This document shows positions 19,526 to 28,165 of a stretch of DNA of 64,000 bases, piece after piece. The notes beneath the pieces are model-generated. The model made no database searches, was not told where the DNA came from, and saw nothing but the letters and a program-made list of their open reading frames with translations. The DNA comes from an uncultured Gammaproteobacteria bacterium (GTDB lineage: Bacteria > Patescibacteriota > Microgenomatia > Levybacterales > GWA1-39-11), in assembly GCA_964651815.1 (NCBI GenBank), contig CAZYWG010000002.1:28522-92521 (forward strand). The letters are read 5' to 3'. Each line of letters opens with the position of its first letter. Position 1 is the first letter of the stretch. Made by a program: the position numbers and the translations under genes.

Positions 19526-19810
19526 ATGAGCAAGAAAAGAAAGACAAGAAAGGAAAAAATGCTCGCCGCGACACGCCACGATTTTACGAATGTTTTGAGT
19601 TTGCCAAAAGTTCAAGACATAACCGCGTCTATTGTAGAGTCCGGTGAAAAAGTACAAAAACAGATTTACGTAAAATCAAATAATTATTCTTATGTAGCAA
19701 TTGATGTTCGTAAAACTTTATTTATAACACTGACACTTGTTGTTCTTGATATAGTCCTGTTTTCAATTTTGAAGTTAAAACTTATTAGTTTTTCAGGAAT
19801 TGTTTTTTAA
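19526..19810 (+). CDS. hypothetical small protein (basic N-terminus, C-terminal TM helix)
   Basis: The ORF and its position in a divergent spacer. No known motif. Confidence 0.35.
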   Translation: MSKKRKTRKEKMLAATRHDFTNVLSLPKVQDITASIVESGEKVQKQIYVKSNNYSYVAIDVRKTLFITLTLVVLDIVLFSILKLKLISFSGIVF

Positions 19811-19835
19811 TTCTGAAAGGGGGTGAACAAAACTT

Positions 19836-19979
19836 ATGGCAAGCATGTATTGTGTAAAATGTCGCGCAAAGAGAGAAGATCCAGCAGCAGTAAAGGTAAC
19901 CATGAAAAATGGAAAACCAGCTATGAAAGGAAAATGCCCAGTTTGTGGAACAGCAATGTTCAAAATTGGAGCAGCATAA
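19836..19979 (+). CDS. 47-aa zinc-ribbon protein (CxxC-x21-CxxC; DUF5679-like)
   Basis: Not in the ORF track (below 60 aa). Strong SD AAAGGGGG at 19816-19823, 12 nt upstream of ATG 19836. Translation: MASMYCVKCRAKREDPAAVKVTMKNGKPAMKGKCPVCGTAMFKIGAA. Confidence 0.65.
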   Translation: MASMYCVKCRAKREDPAAVKVTMKNGKPAMKGKCPVCGTAMFKIGAA

Positions 19980-20010
19980 TTTCTCTTTTGCAAATTTGCA
20001 AATAGATTAA

Positions 20011-20060
20011 AAACCCGATTCGAAACGTCTTTAAAAGAGTTCCTTATCGGGTTTTTGCTG
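20011..20060 (+). terminator. hairpin plus T-tract between the small Zn-ribbon gene and the convergent GT2 gene (candidate bidirectional terminator)
   Basis: AAACCCGAT(20011-20019)...ATCGGGTTT(20046-20054) followed by TTTTG. Preceded by the 14-nt perfect palindrome TTGCAAATTTGCAA (19988-20001). Confidence 0.4.
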
Positions 20061-20907
20061 TCTTGAAGTATTTAGGGAAATATTTATATTTTGGAGGAGG
20101 GAAATTTCCCTTTTCGAACGCTTGTTGAAACCCTTTGTATTTTTCAACCCGCTCAGGATACCAAGTCTGCCCTTTAATTAATGGGTCATTTTTATGTTTT
20201 TTGAATATTTGTTCAAATGCTTTGCCCTGATCAACATAAGAAGTATTAGAAACTATTCCATCTTTCCCAAATTTCTGAACATATTCAAATAAAACGTATG
20301 GTATATGCATATATCCATTCGGGAATGATTTACCAAGATTCATTATGAAATCCAAGTCATCAAGCATTCTAAAATTTTTATCCCATTTGACCCCTTTTCT
20401 TATTACGATCGATTTGTGAAATATTCCGGTACCACATGTTCTTACCTTCCAGTGGTAAAAATCTTGTAACTTCACGTCTAAATTTTGCGCCGAGCTTGAA
20501 TTAGTAAAATCTATGAGCTTGTTATTTTCATAAAGTTCAACTCGCCGGTTATAATTACATGTCGCAAAAATTTTCTTAGGATTTTTCTTAAAGAACTCAC
20601 GAGCAACAGAAAGATAGTTTTCATAAACGGGGTCGTCACTATCAATATAGGTAATTATATTTCCATTAGCTCTTTTGAGACCATAATTGCGGGCCGCCGA
20701 ACCACCACCCCTATTTGTTTTAAAAAATTTAATTCTCGGATCTTTTTGAAATTCTGCAACAACCTGCTCCGTATTATCAGTTGAACCGTCGTCAACAATT
20801 ATCATTTCCCAATTTGGATAAATTTGTTTTTGAACTGACTGAATTGTTTTCCAAATTATATAGCCCCGGTTAAAACTTGGAGTAACTATCGAAAATAAAT
20901 CTGACAT
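20044..20907 (-). CDS. family 2 glycosyltransferase
   Basis: IVTPSFNRGYIIWKTIQSVQKQIYPNWEMIIVDDGSTDNT...YIDSDD (DxD) GT-A signature. Confidence 0.8.
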   Translation of the reverse strand: MSDLFSIVTPSFNRGYIIWKTIQSVQKQIYPNWEMIIVDDGSTDNTEQVVAEFQKDPRIKFFKTNRGGGSAARNYGLKRANGNIITYIDSDDPVYENYLSVAREFFKKNPKKIFATCNYNRRVELYENNKLIDFTNSSSAQNLDVKLQDFYHWKVRTCGTGIFHKSIVIRKGVKWDKNFRMLDDLDFIMNLGKSFPNGYMHIPYVLFEYVQKFGKDGIVSNTSYVDQGKAFEQIFKKHKNDPLIKGQTWYPERVEKYKGFQQAFEKGNFPPPKYKYFPKYFKTAKTR

Positions 20908-20953
20908 TTGCCGCTATTATACTGAATAAGGTGTATTATTTCTATTAATATCT

Positions 20954-21619
20954 TTGATGTATAATTTACCAAATAATACTATGAACAACATAAAAGCGGT
21001 TATTTTTGATTTGGATGGCACAATAATTGACACTGAGGATATTTGGACACTAATAGATACAGAATTTATAAAAAGAAAAGGGCATGTTTATAGAGAAAAG
21101 GATACAAAACATTTGATGATGGGTAAAAGCGTTAGTGATGGTGTTGAAATTCTTCGCGAGATTTATTCCTTTGAAGGTGATAATGCAATTCTTGCAGATG
21201 AAAGAAGGGGGATTGCAACTGCGTTTCTTTCGAATAACGTATATTTTGTTGACGGGTTTTTAGAGTTTTTTGAAAAGATAAATCAAAAATACAAAGTTGC
21301 AATTGGTACATCAATGGAAAAAGTTTTTCTTTCGGCAATTGATAAAAGACTTAGTTTTACAAAGTATTTTGGGAGTCACGTTTATTCAATTGAAGATGTA
21401 GGATTTGTCTCAAAACCAAGCCCAGACATTTTTTTACACGCCGCAAACAAATTGAAAACAAGACCCGAAAATTGCGTAGTTATTGAAGATTCTCCAAATG
21501 GAGTTGAAGCAGCAAAACGGGCAAAAATGAATTGTGTAGCAATTACAACAACTACAAAAAGAGGGCAATTATCAAAAGCAGATGTTATAGTTGATTCATA
21601 TCAAAAAATCTCGCTCTAG
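20954..21619 (+). CDS. HAD-superfamily hydrolase (beta-phosphoglucomutase/phosphatase-like)
   Basis: IKAVIFDLDGTIIDTE DxD motif and a C-terminal VVIEDSPNGVEAAKRAKM block. Confidence 0.75.
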   Translation: MMYNLPNNTMNNIKAVIFDLDGTIIDTEDIWTLIDTEFIKRKGHVYREKDTKHLMMGKSVSDGVEILREIYSFEGDNAILADERRGIATAFLSNNVYFVDGFLEFFEKINQKYKVAIGTSMEKVFLSAIDKRLSFTKYFGSHVYSIEDVGFVSKPSPDIFLHAANKLKTRPENCVVIEDSPNGVEAAKRAKMNCVAITTTTKRGQLSKADVIVDSYQKISL

Positions 21620-21636
21620 ACTTCTTCTGAATCCCT

Positions 21637-23256
21637 TTATTTTCGGGGTGAAATGTGATTCACAAATACAGGCTTTGGCGACTCTTTATAATGCACTAAC
21701 TTGTAAACCTTGAGTACCGACACAGGCCACTCTGCCGCAATTTCAGCTCGCCCAAAACCTGCCACCTCCCAAAGAGACGCGCCAAGCGGCTCGCAATTTG
21801 GATCTTCACATACTACAAACAATTGGTTGGTTACACTTTTTCGCTCAGGATCTATACCTGTATATTGAATTGTTACCGGCGGGTGTCCGTCAACTTCAAA
21901 GATATATCTATACGCATGGTCTGAATTTCCTAACGTCAAAAGAGCAAAATTAAATGGCTTATTTTCTGTTTTTTGAAGAATAAATTCAGAGATTTTTTTT
22001 ACTTGTATGTACTGCTGATTGCCAGGTGCGGCATATGGATATCCAAGCAAATTAAGATATATTAAAACAACAAAAATCAAGGCAGCGACTAATTTATAAA
22101 ATATTTTTTGTAACCAAAAATAAGACAATAAATTTCCTACAAGCAAGAAGGGCACGGGAAACATAAATTCAAAATAATAATCGTAAATTGGCTTACGATA
22201 AAACCCAAACAAAATTACGCCAAACGAAAACCAAAGCAAAATTAGAAGATATTTAAGAAAATCGCGCTTTTTAGATCTGGCAGATTCGACAAATTGAAAT
22301 ACAAGAAATGTCGTTGAAAAAATTCCAAGAATAATTGCTCCCCAGTACCAATATGGAATTGCTTTTGCATAGACATACATCCTTTCCGGCGGTGGAAAAT
22401 ACATAACAAGTCTTGCAAAACTTCTGAAGAAAATATCCCCAACAGTTTGAATGAAAGTTGAATGTGTTAAATCTGTTGCCGTAGTGTCGCCATGCACAAT
22501 GAAATTTATTACAGTTTTGACATTGGGAAAGCCGTGGCGTGCTTCAAATGCTAGAAAAGGGGATAGTCCGATTAGAAATCCAACAAGAATTGCAATATAT
22601 TCTCTCCCTAGCCTGACAATCAGATCTTTTTTACCAATAAAAATATTTCCAATTAAAACATATAAAAAGATAATTACACCGACAAAAATTTCGATATAAT
22701 GAAGTTGAAATGCAATTCCGTAGAGAATTCCTATGATTGCGAATTTTGGGACTGTTGGCTTTTGGATCCACCGGTACAATAAGTAAAAAATCACCATTGA
22801 AAAAAAAGGCATAGGGTTTGGGTTCCAAGATGACCTTGAGTATTGAATTACGAGTGGCGAAATTGCGTAAAGCGCGGCGGCAATAAGCGCGGCTGTTGGG
22901 TTGAACCAGCGGCGGCCAAATTCGTAAATCATGTATGTTGTTATAACCGAAAGTAGGGCAATCATTATTGCGGGACCCACCGGATTGTAATTTGCCAAAA
23001 ACAGAAACGGCGCCATCATATAGTAATAAATAGGCCCGGTAAAAAAGTCGCCAGCGGATGCGCGTGGGCCAAGAAGTGTAAAATGTCCATGTAGAATATC
23101 GCGGACTATTAAAACATCTCTCCCCTCATCACCTAAAAAAGTAAGGTAATCTTGGATTTTATAGATTCTAAAAAATGCAGCAATTATTAAAATTACAGCA
23201 AGTATTATGATTTGAATGTAATTTTTACGAATAAACAATGTAGCGTCCGAAAGCAT
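21637..23256 (-). CDS. GT-C fold membrane glycosyltransferase (ArnT / PMT family 39-like)
   Basis: About 13 TM helices, with a first-loop FLGDEGRD motif region and YYYMMAPFLF; the general architecture of polyprenyl-phosphate-sugar-dependent transferases. Confidence 0.65.
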   Translation of the reverse strand: MLSDATLFIRKNYIQIIILAVILIIAAFFRIYKIQDYLTFLGDEGRDVLIVRDILHGHFTLLGPRASAGDFFTGPIYYYMMAPFLFLANYNPVGPAIMIALLSVITTYMIYEFGRRWFNPTAALIAAALYAISPLVIQYSRSSWNPNPMPFFSMVIFYLLYRWIQKPTVPKFAIIGILYGIAFQLHYIEIFVGVIIFLYVLIGNIFIGKKDLIVRLGREYIAILVGFLIGLSPFLAFEARHGFPNVKTVINFIVHGDTTATDLTHSTFIQTVGDIFFRSFARLVMYFPPPERMYVYAKAIPYWYWGAIILGIFSTTFLVFQFVESARSKKRDFLKYLLILLWFSFGVILFGFYRKPIYDYYFEFMFPVPFLLVGNLLSYFWLQKIFYKLVAALIFVVLIYLNLLGYPYAAPGNQQYIQVKKISEFILQKTENKPFNFALLTLGNSDHAYRYIFEVDGHPPVTIQYTGIDPERKSVTNQLFVVCEDPNCEPLGASLWEVAGFGRAEIAAEWPVSVLKVYKLVHYKESPKPVFVNHISPRK

Positions 23257-23262
23257 AAGGGA

Positions 23263-24414
23263 TTATTTTTTCTTCCAAATAATTTTTGAGTAAACAGTAA
23301 AATTCCAAATAAGCAAGAGCCCTGTCCCAAGTACAAAATATATATAATAATATTTGAGACTAATTATTAAATGCAGTGTCCCTTCTCCAAAAAAACGGTC
23401 ACCTAAGAAAATTGCTCCTGTTTGAATGAAAATTACGCCAATTGCGCTAGTTGCATAAAATTGAAGTAACTTCCAGATATATGACGTGACATTTTTTGTC
23501 GCGTGCTCGGAAAAAGTCCATAAATTGTTGAGATTGTAGTTTGAAAAAATAGCACAAGCAGCCCCTACCAAATTTGCAACCGAATGGTCAAAATGATAAT
23601 TATCAGACAAAACTTTTAGTATCGCGAAGTTAATAATAAACCCTATTCCTCCAACAACCAAAAATTTGCCCAATTTTCCAAAAATTATCTCCTTTAACCT
23701 TGTTGTAATAACGAAAGTTAAAACGTTGATTATGTATGATAGAGGAGCAATTTTAGAATCCCCTTCGTTTCTTTCACCAAAATGGAACGGGACTTCCCCT
23801 ATTTTAAATCCGTCGCGAATTGCTTTTTTTAAAAATGAAACTTGAAATGTGTAACCTTTAAACTCGGTTAATTCGCTTTTTTCCTTAAGGAAAACTTCTT
23901 TTTTCAAAGCCCTAAAGCCACCCGTCCAATCGTGTACGGAAAACTGTGTAAAAATTATTCTTATAATTAAATTTGCGCAAATTGAAAATATCTTGCGGAT
24001 TAAAGGCCAATGTTCGGGAATTGAACCTCCCTCGCTATATCTGTTGCCAAGTACCATATCATACCCATCATCAATCTTTTTTAGAAATTCCGGAATTTTT
24101 TCTGGGTCATGCTGCAAATCAGCATCCATCTCAAAAACAATATCTGCTCCCATTTTATCTATTGCGTACGTCATCCCCCTAACGTAAGCAGCGCCCAGTC
24201 CGTGCTTAGGACCGCTTGAAATCTCAATGTTTTTATATTTTTCACCTAATTTTTTAACTTCTTCGGCTGTCCCGTCCGGAGAAGAATCATCTGCAACTAA
24301 AATTTTCATCTCATAATTTTTTATCTTGGGGAAAATTTCATCCTCAAGAATTGGAATAATTTTAGCAATGTTATTGCGTTCGTTGTATGTAGGTAGAATG
24401 ATTACTGCTTTCAT
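23263..24414 (-). CDS. polyprenyl-phosphate glycosyltransferase (GT2; DPM-synthase/Ppm1/ArnC-like) fused to a C-terminal GtrA-like TM domain
   Basis: ILPTYNERNNIAKII...VADDSSPDGTAEEV...VFEMDADLQHDP, then 4 TM helices (KFLVVGGIGFIINFAILKVL...). Confidence 0.8.
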   Translation of the reverse strand: MKAVIILPTYNERNNIAKIIPILEDEIFPKIKNYEMKILVADDSSPDGTAEEVKKLGEKYKNIEISSGPKHGLGAAYVRGMTYAIDKMGADIVFEMDADLQHDPEKIPEFLKKIDDGYDMVLGNRYSEGGSIPEHWPLIRKIFSICANLIIRIIFTQFSVHDWTGGFRALKKEVFLKEKSELTEFKGYTFQVSFLKKAIRDGFKIGEVPFHFGERNEGDSKIAPLSYIINVLTFVITTRLKEIIFGKLGKFLVVGGIGFIINFAILKVLSDNYHFDHSVANLVGAACAIFSNYNLNNLWTFSEHATKNVTSYIWKLLQFYATSAIGVIFIQTGAIFLGDRFFGEGTLHLIISLKYYYIYFVLGTGLLLIWNFTVYSKIIWKKK

Positions 24415-24479
24415 AAAATAAACGGCTACATGGTTAAATAGCTATATGGTGTTTCGACAATTTGAACCAAATAACCATT

Positions 24480-25439
24480 TTAACCATTTAATGTCCTGAA
24501 GTATTCTATCGTTTTTGCAAGCCCTGCGGCAAGCGCCACTTTTGGTTGAAAGTCTAAAATTGCGTGTGCTTGAGTTATATCAGGTTTCCTTTGGTGGGGG
24601 TCATCTTCTGGTAAGTCTTCGTGAACTATTTCCGAGCTTGAATCTGTTAATTTCTTAATCTTTTGCGCAAGTTCCAAAATTGTATACTCTTCCGGGTTTC
24701 CCAAATTTATTACGCTACCTGAAATGTTTTTTTTAAACATAGAAGAAATTAGACCCTCTACCATATCGTCGACATAGCAAAAGCTCCTAGTTTGGGCGCC
24801 GGTCCCATAAATCGTCAGTGGTTCATCGAAAAGTGCTTGAACAATAAAATTTGACACCACACGCCCGTCATCTTTTTGCATTTTAGGTCCATATGTATTA
24901 AAAATCCTGGCAATTCTAACATCTAAATTATATTTTCTGTAATATGCCATACTTGCGGCTTCTCCAAATCTTTTTCCTTCGTCATAAACAGAACGGATCC
25001 CTACGGGATTTACGTTCCCAAAATAGCTCTCTTTTTGAGGAGATTGGTCTGGGTCTCCATAGACTTCTGATGTTGATGCAAAAACAAAAGTTGAGTTTTT
25101 AGCAAGTGCCAAATCCAGTAAGTTTATAGTTCCTTGTGAATTAACCATAAGTGTCTCAATTGGATAAGCAATGTAACTTCTCTCACTTTTGGCATTTGGG
25201 GAAGCAGGGGACGCTAGGTGAAAAATACCCTTCAGACTGTGATTGATATTTGGAACGGTATGAATTATATCGTAATTTATAAAAATAAAATTTTCATTGT
25301 TATAAAGATGTGAAATATTCTCCTCAGCGCCCGTTATGAAATTATCAACACAAATCACTTTATTATTTTCTTTTAAAAGCGACTCACAAAGGTGTGAACC
25401 AATAAATCCTGCCCCACCGGCAACTAAAAATGTGTGCAT
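24480..25439 (-). CDS. UDP-glucuronate decarboxylase (UDP-xylose synthase) / ArnA-like SDR
   Basis: GGAGFIGSHLCESLL, YDEGKRFGE, NTYGPKMQKDDGRVVSNFIVQAL; a close match to the UXS family. Confidence 0.8.
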   Translation of the reverse strand: MHTFLVAGGAGFIGSHLCESLLKENNKVICVDNFITGAEENISHLYNNENFIFINYDIIHTVPNINHSLKGIFHLASPASPNAKSERSYIAYPIETLMVNSQGTINLLDLALAKNSTFVFASTSEVYGDPDQSPQKESYFGNVNPVGIRSVYDEGKRFGEAASMAYYRKYNLDVRIARIFNTYGPKMQKDDGRVVSNFIVQALFDEPLTIYGTGAQTRSFCYVDDMVEGLISSMFKKNISGSVINLGNPEEYTILELAQKIKKLTDSSSEIVHEDLPEDDPHQRKPDITQAHAILDFQPKVALAAGLAKTIEYFRTLNG

Positions 25440-25549
25440 TAAACTATTGTAACAAAATGTTGATGAATCATGAAACCCTGCGTCTTTAAGAAGACAGCCT
25501 GGACCCGCAATCGACTCTTGAGAAAACCAATCACTTTATGTAGAATTAT

Positions 25550-26560
25550 ATGAATATGTCCAAAAAGGCTCTTATTGTCGGCGTTTCTTCCCAAGACGGA
25601 TCTTATTTAGCAGATCTTCTTCTTGAGAAAGGATATGACGTTACTGGCACTATCCGTCACACTACAAATTTTAATCAAGAAAATATAAACCATCTTTATG
25701 GAAAGATAAAAATAATAGCAGCGGATTTGGTTGATAACGAAAGCCTTGCTAATGCTGTCCGGAAAACCAAACCAGACGAAGTTTATAATATTGCCGCTCA
25801 AAGTGTTCCGGGAGATTCTTGGACGCATCCGTTCTATACGGGTGAAGCAACAGCTTTAGGGCCTGTACGTACTCTTGAAGCAATTCGTCATTTTGCGCCG
25901 GACGCGAAATTTTATCAAGCAACAAGCCGCGAAATTTTTGGGAATATCGAAGCGGATACTGCAAACGAAACAACTTGTTTTGACGCAAATAATCCATACG
26001 GAATAGCAAAGGCTTATGCCCACATGATGACCAGGTGTTATCGCGAATCTTATGGAGTTTTTGCTTGTGGTGGTATTTTGTTTAACCATGAGAGTCCAAG
26101 ACGAAGTCTTCATTTTGTGACGAGGAAGATTTCTGCCGGTGTTGCCTGTATTAAAAACAAAGTCAAAAACCCACCGCTCAACGAATTAGGTCAACCCTTA
26201 ATTGATAAAGAGGGGAAGCTCCATCTTGGTAATCTTGATGCAACGCGAGATTGGGGTTATGCAAAAGAATATGTTGAAGCCATGTGGCTTATGCTACAAA
26301 ATGATAAGCCAAAGGATTATGTTATTGGGACAAATACGTCAAATTCTGTCAAAGAAGCTTGCGAAATTGCTTTCAAACATGCTGGTCTTAACTGGGAAGA
26401 CCACGTTGTTAGTAATGAAAAGTTACAGAGACCTACAGAAATAAAGGATTTGAAAGGCGATTTTTCTCTTGCCAAAAAGGAGCTTGGGTGGGAACCAAAA
26501 ACGTCATTTGAAGATATAATGAAATTAATGGTAGACGCCGACCTCGAAAGATTTAAATAA
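25550..26560 (+). CDS. gmd: GDP-mannose 4,6-dehydratase
   Basis: ALIVGVSSQDGSYLADLLLEKGYDVTGTIRHTTNFNQENINHLY, YGIAKAYAH, LFNHESPRR. Confidence 0.88.
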   Translation: MNMSKKALIVGVSSQDGSYLADLLLEKGYDVTGTIRHTTNFNQENINHLYGKIKIIAADLVDNESLANAVRKTKPDEVYNIAAQSVPGDSWTHPFYTGEATALGPVRTLEAIRHFAPDAKFYQATSREIFGNIEADTANETTCFDANNPYGIAKAYAHMMTRCYRESYGVFACGGILFNHESPRRSLHFVTRKISAGVACIKNKVKNPPLNELGQPLIDKEGKLHLGNLDATRDWGYAKEYVEAMWLMLQNDKPKDYVIGTNTSNSVKEACEIAFKHAGLNWEDHVVSNEKLQRPTEIKDLKGDFSLAKKELGWEPKTSFEDIMKLMVDADLERFK

Positions 26561-27196
26561 TCACTTTTTAACTTTTGCAATTACTTTGATGAATGCAGCT
26601 TTGATTGAATAAAATTTTTCTTCCCCTTCCTCAAGCTTAAGTATTTCGAACTTCCCATCCAAGCAATCTTTTACATAACCTCTGCTGAAAAAATGTCTAA
26701 TGTGACCCTCATTTTCAAACATGTCTTTTTCAAGCTCAAATCCTTTTCCAAAAAGATGATCGTTCGTTGATTTGCAAACGAAACAAAGAAGGCCATCTTG
26801 TTTTAATATTCTAAAAATCTCTTTAAAGATCTTCTTAGTTTTTTCATCGGTAAAATAATGCAACGAGAGCATTGCGTATACAACATTAAATTCTTTATCT
26901 ACAAAACGCAGCGGATAGTTCAGGTCAAGAATTTCAAAAGTTAGATTTTGGATATTTTTGTATCGGCTTTGATTCTTTTTAATTGCGATTTCTGAGAAAT
27001 CAGTTGCTGTGACTTTGTATCCTGCTTTAGCAAATAAAGCAGCATCATTTCCCACTCCACATCCTAACTCTAAAATTTTAGATTGGGGCTTAATAATTTT
27101 TAAAACTTCGTTTGCAAAATTACTCTTCTCTTCAACGTAATGATCAACGTCTCCTTGCAAATGCTTCTTGTTCCAGTGTTGCTTCTGATCGTTCAT
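26561..27196 (-). CDS. class I SAM-dependent methyltransferase
   Basis: Motif I ILELGCGVGNDAALFAKAGYKVTATDFS. Embedded in the sugar-nucleotide cluster. Confidence 0.75.
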   Translation of the reverse strand: MNDQKQHWNKKHLQGDVDHYVEEKSNFANEVLKIIKPQSKILELGCGVGNDAALFAKAGYKVTATDFSEIAIKKNQSRYKNIQNLTFEILDLNYPLRFVDKEFNVVYAMLSLHYFTDEKTKKIFKEIFRILKQDGLLCFVCKSTNDHLFGKGFELEKDMFENEGHIRHFFSRGYVKDCLDGKFEILKLEEGEEKFYSIKAAFIKVIAKVKK

Positions 27197-27205
27197 TAAT
27201 TCTCG

Positions 27206-28165
27206 TTACTGTTGGGAACGCCAATAATCGAGGGTTTCCTTGAGCGTTTCGTCAATTGGAATTACTGGTTTCCATCCTGTGTTTTTTTCAATTTTTGAAT
27301 TATCACAAACCAAATCTGCCGTATCAACTGGTCTAATCAAACCTGGATCGCTTTCTACTTTTATTTCTTTACTAGAAAGAGAAAGTAAGCGGTTTAAAAT
27401 ATCCTCAATTTTATACGATTTTCCAAAACCTATGTTGTAGACTTCCCCAGCCTCCCCTTTTTCAAGAATTTGAATATATGCCGACATCATGTCGCGAACA
27501 TCTGTAAAATCTCGTCTTGCCGTAAGATTTCCTACTTTTAAAATTGCTTCACTCTTACCTTTTTCAATTTCAGCAATTTTTTTTGCAAACGCCGCCACAA
27601 CAAAATTCGGCGACTGCCTTGGTCCTATATGGTTAAACGGTCTAACACGAACTATCGGAATTTTATACGACAGAAAATATTGCAGTCCCAAAAAATCCTG
27701 AGCTATTTTTGATATTGCATATGGATTTACAGGTCTTAACGGAGTTTCTTCATCTATTGGTAAATCTTTTGCTAAAACATCTCCATAGACTTCTGCAGAT
27801 GAAACAATCAAAACTCTTGGAGAAATTTTGGCATACCTTACAGCTTCCAAAACATTGACTTGCACGTCTATATTATTGTTTATAAATTGCGACGGATTAT
27901 CAAAACTCTGAGCAGCAGATGATAGTGCTGCAAGATGGAAAATATAGTCGGGAGTATTCTCGGCTAAAACTATGTTGACGTCTTGTGAGTTTTGAAGATC
28001 AACCTTACTTAGTTTAATCTTGTCTTTAATTGACGAAATGTTAATCAAGCTATCGTCTGATAGGTAAGTACCGGAAACATCAAATCCTTGAGAAACTAGT
28101 TTCTCGGCAAGAAAACTACCTGCAAAACCAGTTATTCCCGTAATAAATACTTTCTTCATATACAA
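27206..28165 (-). CDS. NAD-dependent epimerase/dehydratase, GDP-4-keto-6-deoxy-D-mannose reductase (Rmd)-like
   Basis: VFITGITGFAGSFLAEKL Rossmann motif, and YAISK (YxxxK). Assignment by family resemblance and proximity to gmd. Confidence 0.55.
   Translation of the reverse strand: MYMKKVFITGITGFAGSFLAEKLVSQGFDVSGTYLSDDSLINISSIKDKIKLSKVDLQNSQDVNIVLAENTPDYIFHLAALSSAAQSFDNPSQFINNNIDVQVNVLEAVRYAKISPRVLIVSSAEVYGDVLAKDLPIDEETPLRPVNPYAISKIAQDFLGLQYFLSYKIPIVRVRPFNHIGPRQSPNFVVAAFAKKIAEIEKGKSEAILKVGNLTARRDFTDVRDMMSAYIQILEKGEAGEVYNIGFGKSYKIEDILNRLLSLSSKEIKVESDPGLIRPVDTADLVCDNSKIEKNTGWKPVIPIDETLKETLDYWRSQQ

Noticed and set aside
19793-20005. Two overlapping track ORFs (19823-20005 + and 19793-19993 -)
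   Set aside because: They are mutually antisense with no SD. A third-frame 47-aa Zn-ribbon ORF with a strong SD explains the region better (see features).
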